Shown here one piece after another: positions 16,886-30,868 of a DNA stretch of 64,000 bases; position 1 is the first letter of the stretch; each line of letters opens with the position of its first letter. This DNA comes from the human T2T-CHM13v2.0 reference genome, Homo sapiens. Where the stretch lies: the NCBI RefSeq assembly GCF_009914755.1, contig NC_060929.1, one strand, 5' to 3'. The position numbers and the translations under genes were made by a program. Under the pieces are notes generated by a model that was not told the DNA's origin, searched no databases, and was given only the letters and a program-made list of their open reading frames with translations.

Positions 16886-18457
16886 CTGAAATGAAGACAC
16901 ATATGGCAGGCAGGTTACAACCCACAGAAAGGGCTCTGAGCAGGAGGGGAAGAGTGATACGTGAAACAATATAGGGAGTGGTGGGGACTGTGGCAAACAG
17001 AGGAGAAACCGCCCTGCCCACCCACCCTCCCCAAGTAGGCAGCCTCTAGATGTTTTGCCTAAAAGCCTGTGGGCCTGCTGTTGCTGGATCTGCTTTTACA
17101 AAGGGAATCCTTAAGTCTGGGTTTTATGTGAAATGCTCTGAGTTCCAAATGTTGGCAAATAATTTTGACTTAAACACTGTGAGAGCTAAATCTGTGAAAC
17201 CAAACGACTCGTTGTGTGGGCTGCATTTGGCCATGTTAGGACCTCTTCCCTACACCCCAGACCTCAGGCCCTCTCAGTCTCCACAAGGTCAGCTGCAGAG
17301 AAGCCAGCCTGGAGGAGTCTGTGCCTCTTTTACCAACATCACATCCCAGAGAACCTCTTTCACCAGGGTTGTTGGTAGAATTCTCAAGATATGGGGATGC
17401 CATGAAAAGGCTTTCTTGAGGGAACTGAGAAGGGAGGGGAGAAAGAAACTCATATTTGTCAAGAACTAACTCTGGGCCTCCACCTCTTAATGCTTTAGTG
17501 AATCCTCACATCAACTCTGTGATGCAGGAGTTACCAGCATTCCCATTTTGAAAGAGAGAAAGCCGAGGCTCAGGGATATCAAGGGGATTTCCACTTGTGG
17601 GGGATGAGCTGGGGCTGGAATTCCACTCTGTGACATCCACAGTCTATTTTCTTCCTGCAAACCTCCATCCTACCACGTCTGATCCTTTTGACGGCCCCTG
17701 TGGCCTATGTTGGAGAGGATTATGGGGGGAAAGGTGAAAGGAGGCATCTGGAAGGGAGGAGGAGAGGAGAGCATGTCAGAATTGGGAGCAGAAAAGAGAC
17801 TGGGCATGCTTTCCATAGAACCAATGATGAGCCAACAAAGGGCTCCACCACCATTCTAGTTAAGGCCAGAGGGCTGGGTAGTTAGGGTGGGAGCTCTGGA
17901 ATCAGATGGGCTGGGTTTGAATTTTGGTTCATTCACTTAGCAGCTGTGTCATTTAGGGCATGCACTTTGCCTCTCTGAGCCTCAGTTTCCTTATCTGTAA
18001 AATGGGGACCATAATAATAATAATGATACCCACCTATCAGGATTGTGAGGACTGAGTGAGATGATGTATGTAATGTGTTTTGGCACAGTGCCTGGCACAG
18101 TGTGTGACTGAGAAATGGAGGAGTAAGATGAGGAATTACTACCCCTGGTGGGGAAGCAGCAGGGGTCTGGGTGAGTCTTAGAGTTTAGTGTTTTTGCTTC
18201 TTTTCCGTTCTGGGAGCTGCCTGTCAGGTTTTCTGACCACTGGAAAGATCTGGGCACTCTTCTTTGAGATCAGCTGGCACAGAGGCTGGGGCTAGGGCAT
18301 CTTAGCAATGTGTTCACTGGATCCATCTGATCCAGCTCACAGGCATGGTTTCTGATCTGGACGCTGATCAGACCACCTGCGGCAGGGTGGGGCTGGTGAA
18401 GGGAGTCAGCCAGAAGTCCTGAGGGCATCGGGCTTTTGGTTAAGCTTCTTAACTACT

Positions 18458-18488
18458 CCTTTTCTTTCTTTCTTTCTTTCTTTCTTTT

Positions 18489-18535
<47 letters not shown>

Positions 18536-18631
18536 CTCTCTCTCTCTCTCTTTCTTTCTTTCCTTCTTTCTTTCTTTCCTTTCCTTTCCTTTCCTGTCTT
18601 TTCTTTTCTTTTCTTTCTCTTTTTTTTTTTT
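18458..18631 (+). repeat. (TTTC)n/(TC)n polypyrimidine microsatellite
   Basis: ~170 nt almost entirely C/T. Confidence 0.95.
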
Positions 18632-19150
18632 CATCACTGAGCAGCATCTCCCTGCTTCTGAACTACTCCCACTCAGGGAGGTACCAAGACTCATGTTTTG
18701 AGTGTGGTGTGAGGAGTTGAAGCCTTCCTAAGGGCTGCCAGAGGGGTGGCGGCTGAGCACTGAGCAGCTGGCCACCAGCTTCTGCTCTGCTGAGACGAGG
18801 GCGTAAGCTGAGGGAATTTCAGGAAGATTGTGGAGGAGGAGGTGGACATGAGCCTGGCTGGAGACACAGAGGAGCAGGGTGTCAGGAAAGAGGAAGACAT
18901 TCAGAACGGGGACAAGAACTGTGAGGAAAGATGAGAGATGTTGAAACAGAATTTTTGGAGAGTTTTGCTATGTGATGTAACCCCCTCCTCCACCTTTTCC
19001 AAAAGCCTCCAGTAAACTCTGGGTTATTTGCATGATGATTTTGGAGTTAAGATTTATGGCTTTGTGGGAGTATGATTATATGCTGTGGGTGTTGAGAAGA
19101 GGGGTACAGAAAGAGGAAAGCCACAAACTGGGCCCTGGTGGGAGAGGCAA

Positions 19151-19675
19151 TGTGGCAGACATGGCTGCTTGCCTACCCAATACCCACTCTCCCTTTGTTT
19201 TCCTACTGACAGGTCCTGGGTTTCATTCAGGGCAGTAAATGTGCTTGTTCAAAATATTTAACTCTCCAGGCTCCCTTGCAGATGGTGGAGGTCACATGAC
19301 TCTGTTGTGGACAGTAAGATATAACCAAAGTCTGCTGGATGGAGCTTCTGGAAAAGTTACTACTTCCCTGGAAAAAAGGGAGCATGCATTTACCATTCAC
19401 CATACACCTTCTCCTCTTTGCCTTTCTCCCCGTCTCCCTGCCTGCCATGGAGATATGATGCCTAAAGGTGGAGTAGCCAACTGACAACTGTTAGGACAGA
19501 AGCCACAGGCTTTTTCCATCGGTTAGATGAAGCCTGGGTTCTTGATGTCTTCTTTCACCATCCCCTGGCACCCGCCTATACATTTATTACTTGAAACAGA
19601 CTGACCTTTATTTGGTTAGGCCACTGTGGTCAGGTTTCTGCAACATGGGGTCACATGCCTTCCCAACTGACACAA
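19151..19675. mobile_element. ERVL-class solo LTR (LTR33/LTR16-like)
   Basis: TGTGGCAGAC...ACTGACACA termini; ccaggctcccttgcag..gtcacatgac motif typical of this group. Confidence 0.65.
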
Positions 19676-19769
19676 GTCTCAAGCTCCTTTTCTCTTCTTT
19701 TTATAACTTCTAGAAGCATAGCTTCTACCAGATAAGGATCTAACCTTTTCAGTGGAAAACAAAAATGGC

Positions 19770-20104
19770 AAAGAAGTAAAGAAAGAAGAGAGAGAAAGAA
19801 GAAAGAAAGAAAGAAAAGAAAGAAAGAAAGAAAGAAAGAAAGAGAGAAAGAAAGAGAGAAAGAAAGAGAGAAAGAAAGAGAGATGGAGAGAGGGAAGGAA
19901 GGAAGAAAAGAAAGAGAGGGAGAAGAAAGAAGACAGGGAAGGAAAGGGAAGGGAAAAGAGGGAAGGGGAGAGGGGAGGACAAGGGAAGGGGAGAGGGGAG
20001 GACAAGGGAAGGGAGGAAGGAAGAAAGGAAGGAAAGAAGGCAGGAAGGAAGGAAGGAAGGAAGGAAGGAAGGAAGGAAGAAAGGAAGGAAGGAAGGAAGG
20101 AAAA
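19770..20104 (+). repeat. (GAAA)n/(GGAA)n polypurine tract
   Basis: ~330 nt A/G tract including 9 consecutive GGAA units from 20043. Confidence 0.95.
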
Positions 20105-22163
20105 ATAACTAGGGCCTTTCACTTTTGCCTTCAATAGCAGAGTGGCCCTGGATATTACAGAGCTGGAAAGGGTGATAGATTAGTAATTAGAGCTTAGATC
20201 AAGCGTCCCAAATTGTACCCAGTGCACTAGGGGTGGAGGGTGGGTTTCAGCAGAAGCTGCCTTTACATCCCCCAGTTGCAGGGACAGGCACTGGATTCTT
20301 CTTCTTTTCTTCTGGTTCCTATCACCCTACTTTGCACTTCCTCCTCTTCATACAATGAACAGAATGTGCCACATTGTCTGAAGGACTGATAGAGGACTGA
20401 TTGGAGCAGAGGAAACATAGCTGCCTAGATACCATCTCTCAAACAACCCTGTTCTACCAGGCCTGACACTCGCACCAGGACTGTTGTGGGGAATTACAGA
20501 GCCGGGAGGGGCCATCACCCACTATGACCCAGTCCAATGTGCTCAGTCAACAGGGTAGGAAGCAAGGCAGGCTCAGAGAGGGCAAGTACTTGCTCAGGGT
20601 GACCCAGGCAACAGGGCGTCGTAGGCACCATCCTCAAAGATGTCTTCCTCCCTTTCCATTCAACTGTGATAAGTCTCTGTTCTCAGTGCTAATAGCACCA
20701 GAATGAAATATTTGGGTTTAGCAGTAATTTGCAAGAATGGCACTAAAGCTCCAGGAATTCTACTGACTCAAATCTCAATACAAATAAATAATACTGTTAA
20801 AAAGTCAAATGGTATCAGACTAAATTAAGTGTATGCCTTAGTTCAATTAGTAGGTATGTGACATAGAACAAATCACATCACAGCTCTGCATGTGTTTCCT
20901 CATCTGCAAATGAGGTAGTTGGAAGCCTTTCTGAACATACCTTTCTGCTATAAAACAAGTTTCTAGAAGGCAGAAATCACATCTTAGCCATTTCTCTATC
21001 CCCACCACCTATAATGCTCTCCAGTATGTAAAAGCAGTTCGGGAAACTGCTTGTCAAGTGAACGAATAGGCGAATGAATGAATGATTTAGGTGGACAGTG
21101 AATAAACATGTCTTACATGGCACCTGGAAGCAAAACTCAGACCAATAGGAGCACAGGTTAGTTTCAGCACAAGACTTGAGAGCTGCCTAGAAAGGGGCAG
21201 ATGACTGTGGGTGGTGGTGAGCTCACCATCACTGAAGGAATTCAAGAAGATGTTGGTAGCAGAGATGTAATATAAGAAATGGATTGGTGTTCTCTGGGGG
21301 CAAGCTGGAGCTTGTGATCTCTCTGGTCTCATCCAACTGGCCTGAAGTCTCATGGTCAAGTTCCCTTACTGACAGTGTCTTACAGGGAGACACAACTTAG
21401 CTTACTCTATTCACTCTGAATTTAAATTAGGAACATCTACCCCCATGAGACCCTTGAAGTCTTATTTTCAAAGAGTAAAGCAAAGTTCCCAGAAAGGATG
21501 GATTGGTGCAGTCAGGGTCTTTCTTAACCCATGGGCAAAGGTGTCATTTCAGGGAAAATGCTCAAACCACCTCCCCGACCACAACCTAGCACCTCTGTCT
21601 CCACCATTAGAGCTGCATCCTTTTCCCTTTAATGGCTTAGTCTTTAATACATACCTGCACCTTGGTCTTAGACTTCAAGCTTTTTGAAGTATAATACAGT
21701 GGAGACAGCCATATCACATGTGTGCTTGATGCAAAATCAGCTTTATGAATTTGGTAGTGAGAAAGAAGGAAGTAATTGAAACAATGAGGGTGATGCCATC
21801 CTTTATTCCACTCATGAGTATGTGCTCCAGAGTGAGAGATTGGAGGTGAGAAGCTTCTGTTCACCCATATGGTCCTTCTTCCCCTTGGGCTTCTCAAAGG
21901 ATGGATGGCATTTAAATAGATTTTCCAGATTATTTGTTTACTATACTTGGATTCCTCCTTAAGGTGTAAGTGGAAGATCAGAGAGGGGTTCTGGATGATA
22001 GGATCCTGAAAGGTAGTGAGAGAGGGGGCCCTACCAAATTTCTGGAAAAAGCAAAGGGATCCTCGGGTGTCCCCAGGGAAAGGGTAGGCCAGTTGGCCCT
22101 GCAGCCATGGGGAAAAGTGCCGAACAGTCTTGGTTTCAGTGTGTTGGACTAGCCAGAGCTTAC

Positions 22164-22226
22164 CAAGAAGCGAGCCCCATCGATGTGGTACTTCTTCACT
22201 GCCTTCTCACAGTCCTTATAGTTGAG
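22164..22226 (-). CDS. LCP2: LCP2 exon 2, LNYKDCEKAVKKYHIDGARFL (SAM domain)
   Basis: Acceptor ttctctttgcag, donor TTG|GTAAGC; 63 nt, phase 0-0, in frame with exon 1. Confidence 0.97.
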
Positions 22227-25200
22227 CTGCAAAGAGAAGGGGAAGGTGTTGTTAGTGACGGGCAGTCTCTTACCATTGGTTCCTCTCCCTTGCCTGCCCC
22301 AGAAACTTAGCACTTTGCGGTACTTGTGGCTAGCCAGGCTCCCCACTGCCCTCCCTTGGCTAACAGAGGGCCCAGTCCCCACCTCAGCCTCGCTTTCACT
22401 ACCCCCTTGGGACTGCCTGAAATGGAGAAATTGCCTTGCTCTAAGGCTTCGGGGCCAACCCTTACAGAAAGACTGCCTTCAAGGCATGCAGAGCTCTGCC
22501 CTATGCTCCTCAGGAAGGAGAGCTAAAAGAAGAAAAGAAATACCATCCATTGTCTCGATGCCCAGAGACGACCTCGGTGTTTCTTTCCATGCTTTCTTCC
22601 TAGCATGTTTCTAAACATAATTGAGGTTATGATTTATATTCAATCTCATTATTCTGACTTTTTTCTCTTAAATTACCTAAAGGGATAATATAAACACTGC
22701 CTAGTGTTATGCAAACTCAATTTAAAATAATTTTAATGACCACAACATTATTTAATCATGCCCTTATTGCTGAACATTTAGATTATTTACCAAGCTGCTG
22801 TTTCAATAATGATAATAAAAACGGCGAACAATTATCGAAAGCTTTCTGTGTGGCAGGCAGTGTACCAAGTAGTTAAACTAGTCTTCAATCATTTAACCCT
22901 CACATTTTGCAGATGGGGAATGAGAGGCACAGACAGCAAGTAACTTGCATGAGGTTCCATGGGTTTTAGGTGACAAGTTTCAGAACAGGCTTTAATGTCT
23001 CTTTCAGAAATATTCCCCTTTTAATTACAGCATAACTTATATACAGTAAGTAAAATGAGCAAATGAAAATGCAGCTTCATTTGTTTGCAGTACCTCATCC
23101 CAATCAAAATAGAGACAATCATGGATACTATTTTGCGAACTTTTTTCTCCCTCTTTGAGATAAATTGTTTAAGTCAGAACCTCAGAACCGAGTTATATAG
23201 GATCCATAGGAACGAGCATTTTTAAGATCTTGGTTATTTTCCTAGACCAATCAGCAATCATATGAGGTGCTAGTTTCAACTTGTCCTCAACAGCATAAAT
23301 GTTCACATTTGAAGTATCTCTCAACTTGCTGCTTTGGGGTGGAGCATTTGAGGTTAAATGTTTCTCCTTGAGGATCCTAGGTTCTTCTCACAAGGGTGGG
23401 CCTCATGGTTTGTGGCAGCCTTCTTTTGGAGCACATTTTAAGCCATATTTTTATCTTATAGCTAGCAAATCCAAAGAATAAATACAATTGTTATGAAATC
23501 TTAGCTTGGAAGGGTGGGATGATTATCACACTCAGAAAGCTGACTTAGAAGTTGATATTGAAAGCACATCCCATCTATGGAGCCCTGGTATCCCCTTTAT
23601 CTACAGGCAGTGGGGGGTAAGTGGTTCTTGGAAGAGTCAACTGCCTTTAATTCATCATTCTCACTGTTATCATTATGAGATAAACCAGATGATTTTGAAG
23701 AGTGCTAACTTTGTGTCTAGATCAGCAGAGAGTCCTGCAGACTGGGACCCAGGCATTTGATTCTGCTCCAGCAAGATCTAGGCTTGTGGACCTCAAATCT
23801 GTATTTTTAAGGAGCACCCTAGACGATTCCTATGGCATCCAGCATTGGTAGGCACTGGTCCAGAAAAGTTACCTGGATTTGTAGTAAGGAAGACTGAGGC
23901 CTCTAGAGGGAAAGAGGCTGGTCTAAGGTCACACAGTGAGCTGGGATACCAGCTGGGACCCCACCTGGGATTAGGACACACAGCTCTGAGCCAGTGCCTC
24001 TCCACTGCACGACCCAAGGATGTTCTCCTGCAAGTCAAAAGGAATTGGAGAGATTGAACAAATATGTAACATGGTCTCTGTCCTCAGGAGCTTATATTCC
24101 AGACACAGGACGAGGTACCCATGTCAGAGACAAGAAGACGCAAAGTCCCACCAGTCTGCATGGGTGTCCCCAGCTAGGAGCCAGTTAATAGAGAAGGTAA
24201 AAGGGCAGAAGGAACACGCATTAGGATCCATTTGTCTGCTGAGTGCCTTGCACACATCATTTGCTTTAATCCTCACAACCAACCCATTGGGTTAGTTACT
24301 GTTCATATCTCTATTTCACTGATGAGGAAGTTGAGGCACAGAGAGGCAAAGCAACTACAGGAAAGTCGCCAAGCTAGCAGGTGGCAGAGCCAGGGTAAAG
24401 TGTGTCCGACCTCAGAGCTGAGTCGAGAGCTGTCTCCAAGGGAGGCCTGACCCCACTACTTGGGTAGAGTTTGCATCTGCAGATCAATTCTTTACATGTC
24501 ATGTTTGACAGCTAAGATCCATTCCCAAATGACTCTGCGGTCCATTCGTTTGGTAGTTTCTTTCAGGGGGCTGAGGTACTCAGAATCTGAAGGGTTTCTA
24601 TCCAAGTCTGTGGAGGGACTAGAACTTCCAGGATCACAGATTTGCCTCAGTCTCCTAGTTTCTTCCCTCAGTCCATTTATGGCAGAAGAAGGAACCTGCC
24701 TGGGTGCTGTAGATTTGTCCTGGGGTCTGAGATCTCCAGGAAGAAAACTCTCCCTTCCCCCAGCTCAGGCAGTGAGGTCTTCCTGTACCATCCCTGACCC
24801 GTGGTCCATCTCCCTGTACTGATGGGAGTTTTAGGGATCAATTCTCTGTTGCTCAATTGGATTGTATAATTCTCCTGGTCACACCTGAATGTTAGGCCTA
24901 TCTGTGCCTCTCAGCCCGTCCCAAGTCTTTCTCTTCATAATTCTCAATTCCTTTCTTTTTCCTTTATCAAGGTAACATGCCACTTTATTCCCTCTTGGCA
25001 AATTTTACCTTGTTGCCCTATCTTATTTGGTCTATATTTGAGCAAGATATTTAGAAACATCCTTCAAAAAACCAGTTGCGCAACAATATTTGCTGAAATC
25101 TAAGTTTATTATGACCTTGCAGAAGGAAAATAACAGAAATGAAAGCACAAAATATGGCAAAAAACAGGATCTGTGAACTGTACCCCTACCATACCACACC

Positions 25201-26387
25201 TAGTTCAACATGTTCTCATTTTCTTCTTCAGGTTGGGGGAGAACAGCTGTGACTATAAATGCCTCGGAAATGCATAGACCCCAGGTTTGGCTATACGTCC
25301 TAGGGAACCTCGTCTACCCTCTTGAATCTCAATTTCCCCAGGAAAAACACGAAGCTGAATTAGATGACTTCTACCATCTTAGCTTTACAATCTCATCTTT
25401 ATGACAGTCTGGAATATCAACAGAATCCGATGCCAGCCTGCAGGGATGAGGGTGTTAGAAGCTTAACCGTCTCGCACAAGTCATCTTACCACATGGTCAG
25501 GGTAGAGGGACTATAACTAAGTCATGTGGCTTGAGATCTGCCCAAGCAGATGCGTTGTCCCCTTCTGCCAATGACCAAGCACAGGGATCCTTCAACCTTT
25601 CCTCTAAGTCCAGAAGATAAGACAGCAACGCTCTGGTCCCAGCACCGCCACAAGCCTCTTTTCCTCTAGGGGCCTCAGTTTTCATAGCTATAAATTGGGG
25701 CTCACATCAGTTTTCTGTCCTGCTTCACAAGACTCTCATAAGGCTCCAAGGAGACTGCCCCAGGCGGGAGCTTGAGGACCCCCCTTAGGGTCGTGAGCAG
25801 TGAAAGCCCAAATGCTGTGTCTGGCACTGCTCATCATAGTCCTCTATCCAGCCCTCCCACCCTGCCTATTCTTTCTCCTGCCTCCAGGACACCACGTCTC
25901 CCCTTTCTAGTAAGTAGCGTTGATCTCATTAGCAGTTACAACAGTTCTCTGCATCTCAGAGCATGGACTTTAAAACCAGATAGGTGTGGCTTGAGTCTTG
26001 CCTCTATCACATGTAGTCCCTAGGGCTTCGGACCATTTCACTTCCCTGAGCTGATTTTGCAGCTGAGTCAAGGGGATAACAATGCTGACCTCACAACATA
26101 GTAGGGAGCGCTAAATGGGACAGTGCCTGTGAGACACCGAATTCAAACCCTAGCACATAATAGGCACATACTCTTTTGAGGGCTTCTGCTCCCATCCTTC
26201 TCTCCGGAACTCATGGTCAGGAAAACTCAGCGGTCTATATGGCGCTCACTCAACCAGTAAAGTTGCCATAGGGTTCCATTGCTATCTTATACACCTCCCA
26301 CATTCTGCCCCAATTCCATCGTCAAGCCTCAGCTCAGCCCACCAAGGGCACTAGCATCATGACCATTCACACAAGAGCAAGGCTTAC

Positions 26388-26465
26388 CTTCTTGAAATAG
26401 TCAGCAAGGCTGTCGGGGTCCCAGCCCAGGACCTCTGAGCGAAAGGGCACATTCCTCAGTGCCAT
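26388..26465 (-). CDS. LCP2: LCP2 (SLP-76) coding exon 1, MALRNVPFRSEVLGWDPDSLADYFKK
   Basis: ATG at 26465 in strong Kozak context (GCAGCCATGG); 78 nt; donor AAG|GTAAGC; peptide recognised as the SLP-76 N-terminus. Confidence 0.98.
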
Positions 26466-26800
26466 GGCTGCTCTCCCGGGAAGAAGCTCACAAGCTGAGC
26501 ATGGGCGCTTCACCCATGGGCAGAGAAGCTCAAATCCAGAGCTCGGAGGCGTTCTTGGCTCTTCCAACTCCCAGCTACCCTGTGGAACACCCCTGTTGGA
26601 GCCGATGTCTTTTCTGCCGTAGCCAGATCCCAGAAAGCAACGGCTTCCTCTGCGAACAAATATGGTCTCTTCTCAGAAAACGACTCAGCTAGTTTCCTTT
26701 ACCACTTCCTCTGCTGGGCTCTAAATAAGTAAACAAGGAAGCCCAGCTCTGGAGGCTTGAGATGCAGAGAGAGCCACAGGGTTGGTAATTCCCCACTGGC
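26466..26800 (-). promoter_or_regulatory. LCP2: LCP2 5'UTR and proximal TATA-less ETS/PU.1 promoter
   Basis: PU.1-type GAGGAAGTG (minus, 26703-26711), further GGAA cores near 26645, 26695 and 26738, forkhead GTAAACA at 26729-26735, local CpG retention. Exact TSS cannot be read from sequence. Confidence 0.75.
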
Positions 26801-27598
26801 TCCAGTCACCCCAACCCAGTAGGAGAGGCAATGAAGGGGTCTTAAACTCCAATGTGAGTCTGAGTAATTTTCCTTTAAACTCTGGGCACCCATATGTCTA
26901 CACTGCATTCTTGCTCAGCTGGGGCTTTGCAGACCAAAATCTATCCTGACGGTTGACCTGAAATACAGACAATTTCCCACATCAGTGAACTGCTGGAGCA
27001 TGTTTTTTTAATGCTTTCCAACCACTTTCCCCTCCCACCATCAAAGACTGGGATTCTTTCAGCTGCCTCTTTACAGTTGTCATGAGAGCGTCCTCAAGGA
27101 GTGAGTGAGTCAGGCACCCAGGGCTGAACAAGGTGCTACACTGTGCAGACAGGGCTCAGTTTCTGATATGACTATTTCTGTGCTATGCAACCTTAGGCAA
27201 GGAGTTAAAAGCTGGGAATCTCAGTTTCCAAATCTGTATAATAGGAAAACAGTGATTCTTCATATGCACATAAAACTTAGATGCATTCAACTAGACAAAC
27301 CTAAAAAGAAAAATTAAAAAGAAAAAAAACTTAACAATTGCTATTGGTAGTGTCATATATTCCATTCACTATTGTTTCCACAATATATTTTATTCACTAT
27401 TGATTCTGCCATATATTCTAGCCAAAGAGCACATTCCCTGGAGATAGGAGGTGAGAATTTGCTGTTTTCTTAGTTTCAGACATTGTTCATTTCTCATAAC
27501 TGAACAACTTATTGGCAGAGGGTGAGTCCAGTGTATAAAAGCAACTATATTTGTGCAATAAGGCAACCTCTAAACACAAGTTACTACTTCATCTAATG

Positions 27599-27599
<1 letters not shown>

Positions 27600-27634
<35 letters not shown>
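27600..27634 (+). repeat. (AC)17 dinucleotide microsatellite
   Basis: Direct read. Confidence 0.95.
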
Positions 27635-27637
<3 letters not shown>

Positions 27638-27959
27638 TCATCTGTTCCAAGGCTGTTGCCTTTACTAAGTGATGCTGTGTTGGTCCTTGAGGTGGTGCCT
27701 TCCTGAGGGTTTTCAAGCATAGCTTTGGCCATGCACAGTTTTCTTCTTATACACACTCTGAGGAGCCCCGCCGTCACGGTAATGCACCTGCCTCACAAGC
27801 TGGTGGGCAGCTTAAATGAAATACACATTTTGCTCCAGGCCCAGCACTAGCTCATCAATGTGAGCTGGTGTTAGCCTCACCTTAGAAGGTGCTGAGGGCA
27901 TCAGTGAAGGTAGCCCAGGCCATTTGCTCCTTGCAGGGCCTCACACCTAAGAACTCTTT

Positions 27960-28296
<337 letters not shown>

Positions 28297-28639
28297 CACC
28301 TAAGAGCTCTTTGTAGCTGATCATTCTGTATAAAGCACAGCTCTGCTGTACAAAAGCTCCATCACGGGTGAGAGGTCACCTGGTCTTTCAAATCACTAGC
28401 ATAGCAGTGAACAATAAAAAGCCATTTGAAGAGAAAGAGAGAGAGAAATCACTTTGAAGTAGAGTAAGCACAGAAGATGTCATGGAATTAACTGGGATTT
28501 AAGCAGGGCCGTGGAGGATGGAGTAAAAGGGAGGGCATTCCTGACGTGGATCAATCAATCTCTCTCTCGCTATCTCTCAAAACACATGCCACCTATGAAA
28601 AGGAACATTCCAGATCATCCTTAAAAGTAGAAGCAATTT

Positions 28640-28981
28640 TACTTTATTTTATTTTAATTTCTCCTTTTTATTTGCTTTTGTTTTATGTTTAGAGATGGGG
28701 CCTCCCTCTATTGCCCAGCCTGGAACGCAGTGGCACAATTATAGCTTACTATAGCCTCGAACTCCTGGGATCAAGTGATCCTCTCACCTCAGCCTCCCAA
28801 GTGGCTGGGAGTACAGGCATGCACCACCATGCTCGGCTAATTTTTTTATTTTTACTCTTTTGTGGAGATGGAGTCTTGCTTTGTTTTCCAGGCTGTTCTT
28901 GAACTCTTGGTCTCAAGCGACCCTCCCATCTTGGCATTACAAAGCGCTGGGATTATAGGTGTAAGCCACCAAGACTGGCCT
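28640..28981 (-). mobile_element. AluJ-like
   Basis: Diverged dimer with gcctcgaactcctggg..caagtgatcctc J-type diagnostics. Confidence 0.85.
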
Positions 28982-30197
28982 AATTTTCTTAATGATGTTC
29001 ACCCCACTCAGGATAAGAAAAATCTACAAAAAAGCAGTTGTAATGAAGGTATCACTAAATATTAGGCTCCTTTAGAAAGAATTATCCAATTAATGTGGCC
29101 AAGATGGAGGATCCATGGAGCTCATTTAGAAGACAGACAAAGCAGCTAAGAAACCTGGATGACAATAATGGTGACTTTGAGAAACATAAAGAGACACGAT
29201 GCCTTGAGCTCTTCCTATGGTCCAGAGAGCACAAGCTAAGAACTTCTTACTGACTGTCTTAATTGTTGGCACTATTGTTGCTCCTACTCTACAGAAGAGA
29301 AAATTGAGGCTCCAAGAGGTGAACTACTTGCCCCTTGAACCCAGCAAGTAGGGAGTGAATCCAGGACTCTTCCAAAGTTGATCTGAGTCCAGAGCCCCTG
29401 TCCTTGGCCATTTGCCACCTTGAGGCTCTGAGATGTTACAGAAACTGCCTAAGGTAGACTTGGGATTCAAACCCAGTCTGTCTCCAGAGCCTGCGCAGTT
29501 TCTTCTCTGTGGCCTCTGGTGAGGAGAAAGAGAGGTTGTCAATCTGAACAAGCTCAGTAAAGGATGCAGCACTCTGCATGAGGCGGGCACTTGGTGCCCC
29601 CTCCCCACAGAACCACAGGCCCATTCCTCAGAAAGGGCAGCTGGTGCAAGGGGAAGCATGTTGCTTCAGGCCTGGAGGCTTTCCTCTTCCCCAGGCCTTG
29701 CTGATTTCCCAACACTCACGAGTTTCACATCTCCTGTCTCTGGCTGGCGGGTTCCTGAAGCTCCAGAGACCGGGCTAGTTAGCCCCCAAGAGAGACTCAG
29801 GAGACCAGAAGGACCACTGTGACCCTGTGCAGGCTCAGCCGCAGGCCCCTCACCTCCAAAATGGGGCGGCCATGAAAGCAGCCTCTGGGTACAGCCCCCG
29901 ACAGCGTGGCTGCCATGACCATGGAGGCCAGGGGCAGCAGCTGGGTGTACAGCATCTGTCTGTTGGCTTCAAGCATGAAGCAGAGCAGAGGGTGGGGATC
30001 CAGTAGGGCATAGTGATTTGAAGCAGTGGTGGGGATACCCTCGCCCATGTCTGTCTCCCTCCCCCAACCAGGTGGAGAACTCCGCACGTACGAACGAGGA
30101 ACGAGGTTACAGAGGCCTTCTTAGGCTTTGTGATGCATAGCTCAAGATTTGGGAAAAGGTAAACAACCTCTGAGCAGAATAAAAACAACATTCTAGG

Positions 30198-30868
<671 letters not shown>

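Noticed and set aside
18436-20137. Lys/Glu/Arg-rich and Phe/Leu/Ser-rich ORFs
   Set aside because: Translations of the TTTC and GAAA microsatellites
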